Positions 10,601 to 22,900 of a DNA stretch of 64,000 nucleotides are shown here, piece by piece. This DNA comes from Callorhinchus milii (Eukaryota). Within the stretch, counting starts at the first letter, position 1. Each line of letters starts with the position of its first letter. The notes beneath the pieces were generated by a model, which was not told where the DNA came from, ran no database searches, and saw only the letters and a list, made by a program, of their open reading frames with translations. Made by a program: the position numbers and the translations under genes. The stretch is from assembly GCF_018977255.1 (NCBI RefSeq), contig NW_024704742.1, positions 38,564,001 to 38,628,000 of the forward strand, read 5' to 3'.

Positions 10601-13600
10601 TTCTTAATATTTGCTTATTTGCATTCAGAGCTGTGTGCGAATGGCATTTATGTTGCGTAGAATTACAGAGATTGTTACAACACAGAAATGGGCATTCGGG
10701 CCAACTAATCCGTGCCAGTGGTTATATTTCAGGTGAGTCTCCATCTGTCCTAATACTCTCTCCCACCTCTTCTATGTTACCATCTGTGCTTGTTGAATGA
10801 CGGAAATTGGTCAGTTTATTTTCTTACTTGTTTCCCTTTCTCTTGTAAGGACACTGTTGCATCATTAGAGTTCTGTTGGTATTGGCTCCTCTTCAGTATA
10901 CCACGAAAGTGACTGTCATTAATGTTTAAACGTGAACAGTGATTGTGAATGAGAGCTATCATGGATGTGAGGGCAATGGAGCTGAGTCTGACTATGTCCT
11001 TTCCTATTGGCCACAGATCTGTTCTTTTGAGCTTAAAAAAAGGGAGAACAACACTGTAGCAATCTGAGTAGCAACGGAGTTGATTTTTCTTTACCCCTTT
11101 TCTTACCTTGGGGCACTGATGTCACTTTGCAGGATTGCTGACACAGTACTGACTGACATCAGCTGGGACCTGCCTGGTCTGAATTGGCTTTGAAATCTGT
11201 TTAACGAAAATGGATTCATTGAGCGAAGACATTAGTTTTTTATATTTAAAGAAGTAATAACTTCATTCTTTTTGAACTAGGTTCAGAAGTGAATCTTTAA
11301 TTTTCCTATTATAAGTGCATTTTTATAGGACTGAGAAGAGTAACCACAAAGGTGCTTGTGGAAAGAGAACATTGACAACTATTTTGAGACCAGCCAGATA
11401 ATAATTATAGTATTAAATAACCATCATTATTATAAGATAGATATCAGTGTTCTTTTCCAGTCCTGTTTGCCCTTTATTTCCATACGACTGGAAACTAACG
11501 TGAGTTAAGGTTGCTGAAGATATTGTTATTTGCTAAAAATTGATTTGTTCTACTTTTCCACCTCTTCCAGTGCTTGTAACCGCTGTATTACGGTTTACGA
11601 TACTTCAGACCATGACAAAGAATCAATTCAAGATACTTAACACCATTACGCTGGCATTGCTGTGTCTCGTGTGTGTTGGAATGACGATATTGGGCAATGT
11701 CCAGGTGTAGCTTTTCTGTTTCATTTTCCCAGGCGTATTAAGCAAGTTCCTTGTTACTGGTTCTGGGTGCAAAGCAGCTTTTAATCCTGTCCTTCTGTCA
11801 ATGTGATGTCAATGCATCGGCCAGTACTGCCTTGTGGACTTGGTGAGTTATTGATCTCAACCATGTGTCTGGCAGATCCCCAGTGGATATCTGGACCATC
11901 CCTGAGGTATCATTCAAACATAGAAATTCCTCAAGGTGGGGGTATGGAATCACTCGGGGTGGGGAGGTACACTCAGCTATCCTGATTTACAATACCCTAT
12001 CAAATGCAAATTTACACCCAATTGAAATTGGCTCATGTTGTTGTTTATGGGATGTGACTGGTGCGGATTAGCTGTCGCAACAAGCCAGGAAATTGTATTG
12101 AAAGATTGGGCATATTAACCCATAGAATGGTGGAACAGGCTTGTTGGACTGAATAGTCTCCTCCTGTTCCCATCAAAGTCAGGTCTACATCATTCTCTTT
12201 TAGATGTGTGGTATTAATAGTCAATAAGCAGCAGAATACCATTTGATCGTAGTTTGAGACGATGGCTTGATTTGTCTGGTGTAAAATTATCCAGTAATAA
12301 AATAATAATCCTTGCATTTTATATTGTGCGTTAAGACATCTTTGAAATGTCTCAAAGCGCTTCACAGAATATAACTGTAAAGTGAATTCACTGTATATTT
12401 TGTGGGCGAAATGCGGCAGCCAATTGCACACTTCATTGTCCCACAAAACAGTCGTGGATTGAGTGACCAAATTATTATTTTTATTTATTTATTTTGAAGG
12501 GATCGTTACCCATGGAAAAGTAAACAGTGAACCTCCATACAACATCAGATTCATTATTTTGTTAGTCTATATCAACATCTCCATTATTGGATTACTATTA
12601 TTGTAGTATGCGACTACCAGGATGGTAGAAGGCGATCTAGATAGACCTTGGTCTATTTCTTCTAGCATTTCCTGTGTTGCTATGTACTATACTTCTGGTC
12701 CATTTGCTTTTCCAGTTTACATTTATTTAAAAAAAATGCATAGGTTTCTAACTCTCCAGTGTCCAAGAAGATAAAGGCACCAACCACCTAGTTCAGTAAT
12801 CAGTGAGTCACATTAACCAGAAGGTGGCAGGTTTATAGTAATTCAGTTACAACTAAGATCAGGAACCATTAATTCACACAAAGGGTTGTGAAGATGTGGA
12901 ATGCTCTGCCCCAGAAAGCTATGGAGCCTGATTCAATAGGAATGTTTTAGGGAGAGGTATCCAGACACTTGGGGATTAAAGGTATAAAGGGGTAAGGAGA
13001 AAAGGTGGGGGATTGCGATTAAAAGATCTGACAATTGACTTGGGAGGAAGTGGGGGAAAAAGTTAGGGTATTAGCTCCTGATCACTATTGATGGATCATC
13101 TAAAACATAAATATAAGGATTATACTCAACGTAAACATTTATCTGCAGAAAAATTTGTTTGAATGTTGACTGCAGACATAAGTAGATTTGGCTTTTGTAG
13201 TGCATCACAGCCAAGCTCGATCATGTCTCCAGCCGTGTCCTTTCCCTTTCAGGTCAGGGAGCAATTATACCATCCGTAATGCCTCCCTGATCAGCTAACT
13301 CAGCACAGTCTCAGATGTGGATAGCAATATAAAGATTGTAAATGGTTATTTGATGGTTGAGGACCTTAAACGAAACAGGAATGTTAGTGAGCCTCTGAAT
13401 TATGAGTGATTTGTACTTGCACAGAGCAGCAGTTTTGTGACACAAATGGTATTTTATCCTTCCAGTTGTCCGTCAACAGTTTGTTGCATAATATCGGTGC
13501 CTACGCAGCCTTTGGAGTTGGATTAATAGCCTGTTGGACCAATTCTGTGCTGACATTCCACGCGAATATCCAAATGGAAGGGCGAATAATCGGGATCTTC

Positions 13601-14557
13601 CGTACTTTCCTTTCGTTCACAGCAACAATAGCCTTTATCCTGTGTATCCTTCATCCGTGTGTTAAGAAAAAAGGCAACAACATAGAAATCAGGACTCAAA
13701 TGCTCATTTTCTGACCCGCTGACCTTGGAAAGGTGAGTTTTATCAGTTCCTAACTCTTTACCTTCTTCATTTCCAGGACCTTAACCCAGAATTTGTTTCT
13801 CCCTCTGTTTTCATTTTAACCTTCATGCAATGTTGCCAGATTGAGTGGGTTCACACCCAATTTGGTGTGTTTTTGTTGTACTATGTGTGAGAAAACAGCT
13901 TTGGGTGGTGCCTCATTGTTATTTAATTTGAACCCTTTGACTACGTTTTCTTAGTTCCAAAAGCACTAACCTAAATTGGTCACTCTGATACCCATAGTAG
14001 GTAAGCAACACGTAATATTAGGCTACTTTTGGGCTAGTATTTGGTTGACTTTGGGCTACAAAAGTATTTTAATTTCTGGCCAATCTGACTTTGTTGTGTA
14101 CTGCATTATCAAATGCTGCTGTTCATGCAGACAACAAAGGCGAGAGTTTGGTTCAGCAGCTGGCACTTGCAACTCTGGGTCATGAATGAATTTCTGCTGT
14201 TCATTCTATGTGTCATGTGTAGCACACGGTGTTTTCAGCTTAAAGAAAGCAGTAGATGGATTTCATGTACTTAAGAAGAAAATTTATTAATTGCCAAAAG
14301 CAGTACAGTATCTGATAAGTATGGAAATATTTGCTGAATTTCCTTAACATATCTCCACAGATATGGTTTTACAAGGGATGGCTTCAGCAAAAGCCCAGTG
14401 GGCCTTGGTCATTCTCGTAAGTGTTTACATAGCATCACTTGCAATTGAATTGCGATTTTCCAACTTTCGGATTCACTTCTGGGATACAAGAAATAGTTCA
14501 GGAAACACGAATAAAGCGGGAGCACAAGTCATTCTGGCTGCAAACCTTGTTAGTTAA
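7620..14557 (+). CDS. TMEM150C: Diverged TMEM150C-like (DRAM/TMEM150 family) membrane protein, copy 1, 244 aa
   Basis: Coding exons 7620-7693, 9587-9634, 10389-10424, 10522-10589, 11571-11704, 13466-13643, 14361-14557 (735 nt, all GT-AG, phases consistent). Motifs PFISVTAEYPP, AVLRF, GMTILGNVQ, HNIG, NIQMEGRIIGIFR, AQWAL match TMEM150C. Convergent to ENOPH1, as in mammals. Confidence 0.85.
8325..8590 (+). mobile_element. Deu-domain-type SINE (AmnSINE1/SacSINE1-like)
   Basis: GGCTCAGTTGGTAGCACTCTCGCCTC head plus CTGCCTGTTCAGGTGGATGTTAAAGATTCCATGGCAC core. Related copies at ~8980-9385 (-), 40610-40960, 54063-54450 and in unit 2. Confidence 0.6.
13644..14360 (+). other. U12-type (minor spliceosome) GT-AG intron of TMEM150C-like copy 1
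   Basis: 5' splice site GTATCCTT at 13644. Branch point TTCCTTAAC at ~14340-14348, close to the CAG acceptor, with no long polypyrimidine tract. Confidence 0.85.
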
Positions 14558-15412
14558 ACATGCAGTATTTGTCCTGTAAAGAGTACAGAATAGTGACAGG
14601 GAATACTGTCAGTTTTCACTTTGAATATTATTGTTGAGTTTTGTTTTTCAAAGAACAGTATATTCTGTATAACTAACTATTTAACTCCATTACTGATCTT
14701 CCTTGGTCAGACTGTTCTTTGATATCAAGCGGGTAAGGGTGCCCCTATCTGGAGAAGCAGTATTTGCACACTGCAGAGTCACTAGGTTTTGACTTTTACC
14801 AACCTGCATTGAATACATTCTGGAATAAGGCAAACAAGCTGAGTCCATTCGGGAGAATGGGTAGTCGATTTCAAACACAGAGAAATTTCATGTGTAGGTG
14901 ACATACATATGTGAAACTCTGTCTAGTTTGGATACTCTTAATAATAATAATAATAATCATCCGTGAATTTGATACAGCACCTCAAACGTCTCAAAGCGCT
15001 TCACAGAATATCCTGTAAAGTTAATTGAATGTATATGTTGTGGGTGAAATGTGTTAGCCAATTGCATACAGCAGTATCCCACAAACATGATGATGGGTTT
15101 CTGCACTACTCCAGATAGATATTCCTTCCACTTTGAGTAATGTTATTGAAATAGGGCTTCTGAATTTGGTAGGATGTAAAAGTGAAAATAATAAATAATA
15201 ATTTACATTTGATATAGCGCATTATCATGTCTTCGATACTTCTCAAAATGCTTCACAGAATATACTGTAAAGTGAATTCATTGTATATTTTGTAGGCGAA
15301 ACGCAGGAGCCAATTGCGCACAGCAGCGTCCCACAAACAGATGTGGATTGAGTGACCGCATTATTATTATTTTTATTAATATACTGTAATATTGAATTAT
15401 TTCCAGCGTTGT

Positions 15413-16786
15413 TTACCGATCAACTTCACCAAACACAATATCTTGTGTTCCTATAATCGCAACCACATCAGCTAACATGTGTCCCTGAGACATTTTATCA
15501 AGTCCGGCTAAATGAGCAAAACCGGGCGCTTTAATCTTACATCTATAAGGGCGACTTGTTCCATCTGACACTAAATACACTCCAAACTCCCCCTTTGGCG
15601 CTTCAATCGCTGTGTAAGTGGCCCCAGGCGGAACTTGATATCCCTCCGTATATAACTTAAAATGATGGATTAATGCTTCCATTGACTCCTTCATCTCGCT
15701 TCTCTTGGGAGGAGAGATTTTAGCATCATCAACTTTGATCTCTCCCTCAGGCATCTTGTTCAGGGCCTGAAGTACAATCCTCAAACTCTGCCTCATCTCC
15801 TCCACCCGACACACATAGCGATCATAACAATCTCCATTACTTCCTATGGGGACGTCGAATTCCACCTGGTCATAGGCATCGTAGGGTTGAGATTTTCTTA
15901 AATCCCATTTTATCCCAGATCCTCTTAACATCACCCCACTGAATCCATAATTCAACGCTTCCTGAGCTGTTATGACTCCAATATCAACCGTACGATTTTT
16001 CCAAATTCTGTTGTCTGTGAACATCTCCTCGACCTCATCAATTCGGATCGAGAAATTGGTCATAAAGGTGTATATATCGTCCATTAATCCGAGGGGAAGG
16101 TCCTGATGGACGCCACCAGGTCGGACATAAGCTGCGTGCATTCTGGCTCCGGAAACCCGCTCGTAGAATTCCAACATCTTTTCCCTCTCCTCGAACATCC
16201 AGAAAAATGGGGTCATCGCCCCAATATCAAGAGCGTGTGTGGTTATGGCCATAATGTGGTTCAATATTCTGGTGATCTCTCCGAACAGGACTCTTATCCA
16301 CTGAGCTCGAGGAGGTGGTCTGATGTTCAGCAGCTTCTCCACAGCGAGAGAATAGCACTGTTCATTGCACATCATAGACACGTAATCCAGTCTGTCAAAG
16401 TAGGGCAGGGCCTGCAGGTAGGTTTTAGCCTCGATCAGTTTCTCTGTCCCGCGGTGTAAGAGGCCGATGTGGGGGTCACACCGCTTGACCGACTCCCCAC
16501 TCAACTCCATCACCAGCCTCAGGACACCATGAGCTGCCGGGTGTTGTGGCCCAAAGTTTACAGTCAGGGTAGAGACGGTTTTCTCTGCCGGAGGGTCTTT
16601 GTCGTTCCAGGGCGCAGGTTTCCACTTGATGTTGTTGTGATCGGGATACATGACGGCTCCGGAGTATTGCTGCATCCACTGCTCGTCCGGCTGCCACTGC
16701 TGAGCTCCTCGGCTGATGGCGGCCCCGAGGCCCTGAAGAGGCGGGAGGAGGAGGCGCTGAGCTCGACATAGCCCGGCTCTCAGCAN
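15413..16786 (-). CDS. NDUFS2: Intronless NDUFS2 retrogene copy 2 (first base of ATG falls in the N gap)
   Basis: Translation identical to copies 1 and 3 from Leu2 to the stop. Readable sequence ends ...CTCAGCA at 16785. Confidence 0.93.
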   Translation of the reverse strand, partial: XLRAGLCRAQRLLLPPLQGLGAAISRGAQQWQPDEQWMQQYSGAVMYPDHNNIKWKPAPWNDKDPPAEKTVSTLTVNFGPQHPAAHGVLRLVMELSGESVKRCDPHIGLLHRGTEKLIEAKTYLQALPYFDRLDYVSMMCNEQCYSLAVEKLLNIRPPPRAQWIRVLFGEITRILNHIMAITTHALDIGAMTPFFWMFEEREKMLEFYERVSGARMHAAYVRPGGVHQDLPLGLMDDIYTFMTNFSIRIDEVEEMFTDNRIWKNRTVDIGVITAQEALNYGFSGVMLRGSGIKWDLRKSQPYDAYDQVEFDVPIGSNGDCYDRYVCRVEEMRQSLRIVLQALNKMPEGEIKVDDAKISPPKRSEMKESMEALIHHFKLYTEGYQVPPGATYTAIEAPKGEFGVYLVSDGTSRPYRCKIKAPGFAHLAGLDKMSQGHMLADVVAIIGTQDIVFGEVDR

Positions 16787-17445
16787 NNNNNNNNNNNNNN
16801 NNNNNNNNNNNNNNNNNNNNNNNNNNNNNNNNNNNNNNNNNNNNNNNNNNNNNNNNNNNNNNNNNNNNNNNNNNNNNNNNNNNNNNNNNNNNNNNNNNNN
16901 NNNNNNNNNNNNNNNNNNNNNNNNNNNNNNNNNNNNNNNNNNNNNNNNNNNNNNNNNNNNNNNNNNNNNNNNNNNNNNNNNNNNNNNNNNNNNNNNNNNN
17001 NNNNNNNNNNNNNNNNNNNNNNNNNNNNNNNNNNNNNNNNNNNNNNNNNNNNNNNNNNNNNNNNNNNNNNNNNNNNNNNNNNNNNNNNNNNNNNNNNNNN
17101 NNNNNNNNNNNNNNNNNNNNNNNNNNCCCTCTCTNNNNNNNNNNNNNNNNNNNNNNNNNNNNNNNNNNNNNNNNNNNNNNNNNNNNNNNNNNNNNNNNNN
17201 NNNNNNNNNNNNNNNNNNNNNNNNNNNNNNNNNNNNNNNNNNNNNNNNNNNNNNNNNNNNNNNNNNNNNNNNNNNNNNNNNNNNNNNNNNNNNNNNNNNN
17301 NNNNNNNNNNNNNNNNNNNNNNNNNNNNNNNNNNNNNNNNNNNNNNCCCCCTCTCCCTCTCTCTGTCCTTCCCCCTCTCTCCCTCTCTGTCTCCTTCCCC
17401 CTCTCTCTCCCCCCTCTCTCCTTCCCCCTCTCCCCCTCTCTCCCC
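16786..17445. repeat. CT/GA tract, largely replaced by N gaps (16786-17126, 17135-17346)
   Basis: Residual CT-rich sequence flanks the gaps. Same position as the tracts in the other units. Confidence 0.85.
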
Positions 17446-17867
17446 GACACAAGGTCACCACAAAATGGCGAGGCTGTGGTGAGAGCAGTGCATTCTGGGA
17501 ATCTTTCTGCCTGAAACGCCTCCAGAACACACAGTTGTCGGCGCTGCCATCGGGTGGAGGTTTTTGCAGCACTTTGTGTTGGATGTCAGGAGGGCAATAA
17601 CTTGCACTTATTGGTTTGTTTAGTGCCAATCATAGGGTAAGACGATGGTCTCATAAGTGCTCCATATAGATAGTGGAGGAAAGACTGTCCAGGAGGGAAG
17701 TTTATCAATGCCGCTTTGTAAATCACTGGTGTGACTGCACTTGGAATACTGTGTACAGTTATTATAATAATCCTCAAGTTAATAATCCCTCAAGAAATTT
17801 TTTTTTGCTCACTCAATCCACAATTAGCCGACAAGTTTTGCCCAATCAATATGCAGTCAATTCACTT

Positions 17868-18181
17868 GGAGTCCTGCAGCTCAGTGGTGAGAGCACTCGC
17901 TTTGCAAGTGAGAGACCTGAGTTCAATTCCAGGCAGAGGGCGAAACCCTGGGCAAGTTTCCTTACTCCACACAGAGCCTAATAATAATCCCTCCAAAATC
18001 AAAAACAATAATAAATTGGTCATTTTCAATCCACCACTGTTTGTGGGACATTGCTGTGCGCAATCGGCTGCCGCGTTCGCCCACAAATGTACAGTCAATT
18101 CATTTTACAGTATATTCTTTGAAGCGCTTTGGGACGTCCTGTACCAAATGCAAGGATTATTATTATTATTATTATTATTAT
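17868..18181 (+). mobile_element. Full-length tRNA-derived SINE
   Basis: Counterpart of 4163-4475. Confidence 0.88.
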
Positions 18182-18384
18182 AACACGCAGCAGGTCAGGC
18201 AGCATCTATGGAGAAAGGAAAGGGAATGAACGTTTCGGGTGCACGACCCTTCGTGAAGACGCAATCGTGGACCCCAAACATTGACTGACTTTCCTTTCCT
18301 TTCTCCGCGGATGCTGCCTGACCTGCTGAGCCCTCCCAGTGATCTCGGGCTCTGCTCCGGATTTCCAGCGTTGAGCGCCTTTGC

Positions 18385-18556
18385 CGAAGTGGGAATGACC
18401 TGTCAGTTGCGCGGCACCGCCCACCCGACATCCGAGGCCGCTGATTGGTCCGAGCGTCTGTCAGTCAGGACGCGGCCCCAATGAGACAGGCGAGGAGGCG
18501 GCTGCGCGTCAGCATCACGTGGGGTCAGGGGCGGTGAGGAAGGCACAAGGTAACGG
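18385..18556 (+). promoter_or_regulatory. CpG-rich promoter and probable non-coding exon 1 of TMEM150C-like copy 2
   Basis: Same CCAAT, E-box and GC-box set as 4680-4850. Donor AAG|GTAACG at 18549/18550. Confidence 0.6.
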
Positions 18557-18814
18557 TCTGTCTCGACAGCCGCTTCGAACAGGAGACGGTGGTGATCGCA
18601 CTCACACTCACACACTGGGGTCACACCAACATCGGGCGGTGACTCACGTATCGCCTTTCACACGGTAACGACAATAACTTGACGGTGGAGGGGGGGGTCG
18701 GCCGAGGCGACGGTCGAAGAGGAAGGCCTTCGGGTGCGACCTGAAGGTGGGGGAGGGGAGGGCCCAGGGGGAGGGGGAGAATGTTCTAGAGTTTCGGGGG
18801 GGGGGGGGGGGTGT

Positions 18815-19190
18815 GCAACAACAACAACATGACATTTATAGAGCGCCTTTCGCGTTGGGAGGACCTCCCAAAGCGCTGGACATTAAGGTGTCCGCGGCTC
18901 GAGCGTGGGGGGAGGAGGGGTGGGGGGGCTGGAGGGGTGGGGGGGAGGGGGGGGGGGGGGGGAGAGCGACCAAAGGCACGATCGAAGAGAAGGGTCGTGA
19001 GACCGGCCTTGAAGGAGGCGAGGGAGGGAGGGAGGGAGGGAGGGAGCGAGGCAAAGGGATTGTGGGATGGAGTTCCAGAGTGTGGGGGCAGAGAGGCTGA
19101 AAGCCCGGCCACCGATGGTTGGGCGGGAGACATGGAGCAGACCAGAGCCCACTGAAGGAGAGAGTGGGCAGGTTGGTAGAAAGTCAGCAA
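18815..19190 (-). mobile_element. Chimeric L2-type LINE 3' fragment
   Basis: Left part matches 5110-5275; right part matches 6635-6850. Confidence 0.7.
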
Positions 19191-19962
19191 GTCAGAGAGT
19201 TTGGAGGGAGGAGAAGCCGTTTGCTGCGAGACAAAGGCAGAGAGAGTTCAGTTCAGCAGATACCAGTTCAGTGAGATATTGTAACCAGATTGATATGGGG
19301 CTGTGAGCAGCTGTTCCTACTACATGGAGCATCAGTAGCCACACCATCGAGCAACTTGCAGCCAGTGAGTGCTCCCTGCATGGTGATTGGGTTACGGGAG
19401 GGAGGCTTGAGAGGCTTCCAGCAACAGTGTCCCATAGTGCCTTCAAGAAATGCCCTCCCAATAATAAAATAATAATCATCTTTGCATTTAATATAGCACC
19501 ATTCATGTTGGGTGGATTTCTCAAAGCGTTTCAAAAGATTTTACAAAAGTTTGGTATTTGTGCATTGGAGGGTTGTGCATCTGACCAGTCACTGGGCTCT
19601 TCTACAAAAAGGAAGCCTATCGATGAGCCGAGAGGGTTCGAAAGACATTCCCACCCATGGGGACAATGTGTCTGGGAGGAGCAGGTGTCCCTCCCTTTCT
19701 GTTAGTGCTCACTGCAGGTGGTATGAGTTATTTTGTTGCATTTGGTTCAATGGTCAGTGCTGCAAGACGCTACCCCATGTGAGGGGCCCAATATATAAAT
19801 TAAGTTGTTGTTCTCGTCAATGGTTTGTTCACCAATTATGATTGGTGTCGATAGTTTCTTCTGTGACACCCTCATGCCCACTAAAAAATCTTTGTGCAAG
19901 TAACACCTTGTCGCTTTTGTTTCAGAAAGAAAGAAGTCAAAATTTGTAAACCACACACTAAA

Positions 19963-22900
19963 ATGAAGAAAATAAGCTTTTGGATGTGCATTCCCATTGC
20001 ATTCCTGATTGTTGTCATCATTGGAATAATTACACTGTAAGGTTACTTTCCTGCTCCTACTATCCTGTGTGAACTAGTCTGCAATTTGTTTTATTTAGTT
20101 ACAATAAATTAGAGGTTGGACTATCCTTCTCCCTCTGCTGAGGATGTGAGTTATCTGTAGGTGGTTTGAAGCATTTTCTTTGATGCCAAACTAAATAGAA
20201 TTAACGTTGTTCAAATGTTTAAAATCCAGCTGATAATTGAGAAGTTTACTTCTTGTTAAAACTCCAACCAATTTATTTAAATTTAAATATCTTTTGTTAG
20301 TTTATTTTTATTAATATTAAGAATATCAATGCATTGTACACCTGACAATACATGCTGTGAAGCTTTGTACCTGTGTGTGAGTGTGTGTGCCTCTCCGTCT
20401 CTCTCTCTCTACATCGACATTGAGGCTTTCTCCTCATGGTTCATTCAGCGAGTTTATCCAGAGTATAGATGAGCCACGTGGACTATGAAGATCCCAGGTT
20501 TGATCCCCAGTCTGTACTGAGTTATAACCTTTTTAGATTGGTATAGAAACCCCCATTATAATGAATTGACTGTTTCAGGTCCATAAGCCGTGAGGGGGGA
20601 TAAAGCTAAATTGGCTGCCACAGTCACTTCCTGCAGGTTGCACATGTGCACTATGAGCAAATGTATCAGCCAGGCTCAGTTGGTAGCACTCTCGCCTCTG
20701 AGTCAGAACATTGTGGGTTCAAGCTTCACATTGGAACCCATATAGTCTATGCTGACCCTCCGATGCAGTGCTGGGGTTACGCCGCATTGTCAGACGTGAC
20801 ATCTTTCGGAAGAGATGTTAAACCAAGGTCCCGTCTGCCTGTTCAGGTGGATGTTAAAGATTCCATAGCACGATTCGAAAGGAGAAGGGAGTTTCTGACA
20901 GTGTCCGGGCCAACAATTCCCCCAAGTAACGACCATTTAACACTTCCCACAATCCAGTGTACTACAGCACTGCATTGGAGTATTAGTCCAGACTATGAAA
21001 AGTGCTGATGTGGGCTTGAACCCACAACAACACCAACTTGCATTTATTTTGGCCCTTCACGCAAGTAACATCTTGGAGTGTTTAAAATGAATCTTCTGAT
21101 TGAGAAATGAGTGCTACCAGCTGAGCCAGGCTGCCTTGACATTTTGTAGTGTGTTTGGTGAACAGGTCCAACTCCAGCACATCTGGGGACCAGTCATTGT
21201 GTTAAAGTCACTAAAGTCAGTGCATGCATTTATTTGTGCCATATTAACATTGTTAGCAAGTCACAACACTGGAAGATGGGTCAGGTAATAATAATCCTTA
21301 CATTTGATACAACAACAACAAGATTACATTTGTACAGCACCTTATCACATCGTCGAGATGTCTCAAAGTGCTTCACAGGATATACTGTAAAGTGGATTGA
21401 CTGTATTTTGTGGGCAAAACGTGCAGCCAGTTTGCTGTGGAGTGAGTGACCAATTTTTACTGGGGAATTTGTTGGTCAGGACAGTGGGAGAGTTACCCCT
21501 TTCTTTTCGAATGTGCCATAGGATCTTTAACATCCACCTAATCAGGCAGATGGGACCTCGAATTAATGTCTCATCTGAAATGACGATACCTCCAACAATG
21601 TATCACCGCCCCCCAGAACTGGAATGTCAGCTTAGACTATGTGATCCCAAGTCCCGACATGGGATTTGAACCCACAATCTTCTGACTCAGAGACGAAAAT
21701 GCTACTACTGCCCAAGGCTGACACACAGTCAATAGACAGGAGAGGTCTCCAGCAACAGTAGCATGGAGAACCAGCATCCCAATGGAATAATTCAGGTTTC
21801 ACTACAAAAGGAAGGGAAGCCTAGAGAGGGCCTAGAGGGAAATAAGAGAAAGAAGATGGGAATAAAATACTCTGGATATGTTTTATTTTAGGATCATTTT
21901 AGACATGTCAAATTTTATTTTAAACAGATACGTATTAGCAAGACAACAGCAAAGGATCTGTTCACTTGTTAGCACGTGAGTTAAATTTTTTTGGCCACAT
22001 ATATCTTAACCTACATTACTTGGGCATAAATTTGTTTGGAAGGACTCGTGCCTGGAGGAGAATTTGGGGTATTGCTTTTGGCTGCTGGGCTCGGGATTAG
22101 GGAATCTCTGACAGGGATTTGTCTAACTGATCGGTATCCAGTAACCTTTTGCTGGAAATTATGTATGTGTGTGTGTGTGGCTGTTGGGTGATCGAGGGAG
22201 GGGTAATGTCTGGAATTGTTATGCTCTTAGGCTTAAGACCTTTGTATTAAAATTGGAGAAGACTATGCTGAGTTTGGGAAAATGGTCTTAAATTCAGTTT
22301 TAATTTGGAAACCCATTTTCCACAGTTCCTACTTGGTCCTGCAGAAAAATAACTCCTGAATTGAGACTGAATTGAAAATAGTTTTCCAAAATTCTGCATG
22401 ATCTTTGGTTTGTAATGCAAGATTATGCAGAAGTTTGGAAAATTAATACATTCAGTCTGAATTCAGAAGCTGTTTTTCTGTTGTTCCTCCAAAGAGCTGA
22501 GTAAAATTAATTTTAAAAATCTTGCAAAATTCTGCCTGATCTTATATTTTGAGTTAAGGAGATGCACGGTTGAGGGGGAGAGATGGAAGAGCAATAAAAT
22601 GCAACATATAATTATTGAAATCTATTTACCCTGTAAGTAGATTTGTTTCCATGTTGTACGACTGTATATAACTGTATGTTAATCAAAACCAATTGTGTTT
22701 TCTTGCTGGTTTTTCTTATTGAATGTAGGCAAGAAAATTGTACATTGAAAACTCCCTTTATAAGGTACAGTAGACTTCTATGCAATGTATTTTATTCAGT
22801 TTCAACTCTTATTAGTTAATTCAATGTAATATTTTGGAAAATCACTCTTTTTCTTTTGAAGTGTGACAGCTGAATATCCTCCTGGAAGCTATATTTTTGC

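Noticed and set aside
15413-17629. 738-aa N-terminally extended NDUFS2 and other ORFs crossing N runs (2578-3597, 2753-3418, 16476-17450)
   Set aside because: The frames stay open only through Ns and stop-free GA repeats. In the resolved copy 3 the upstream ORFs are in other frames.
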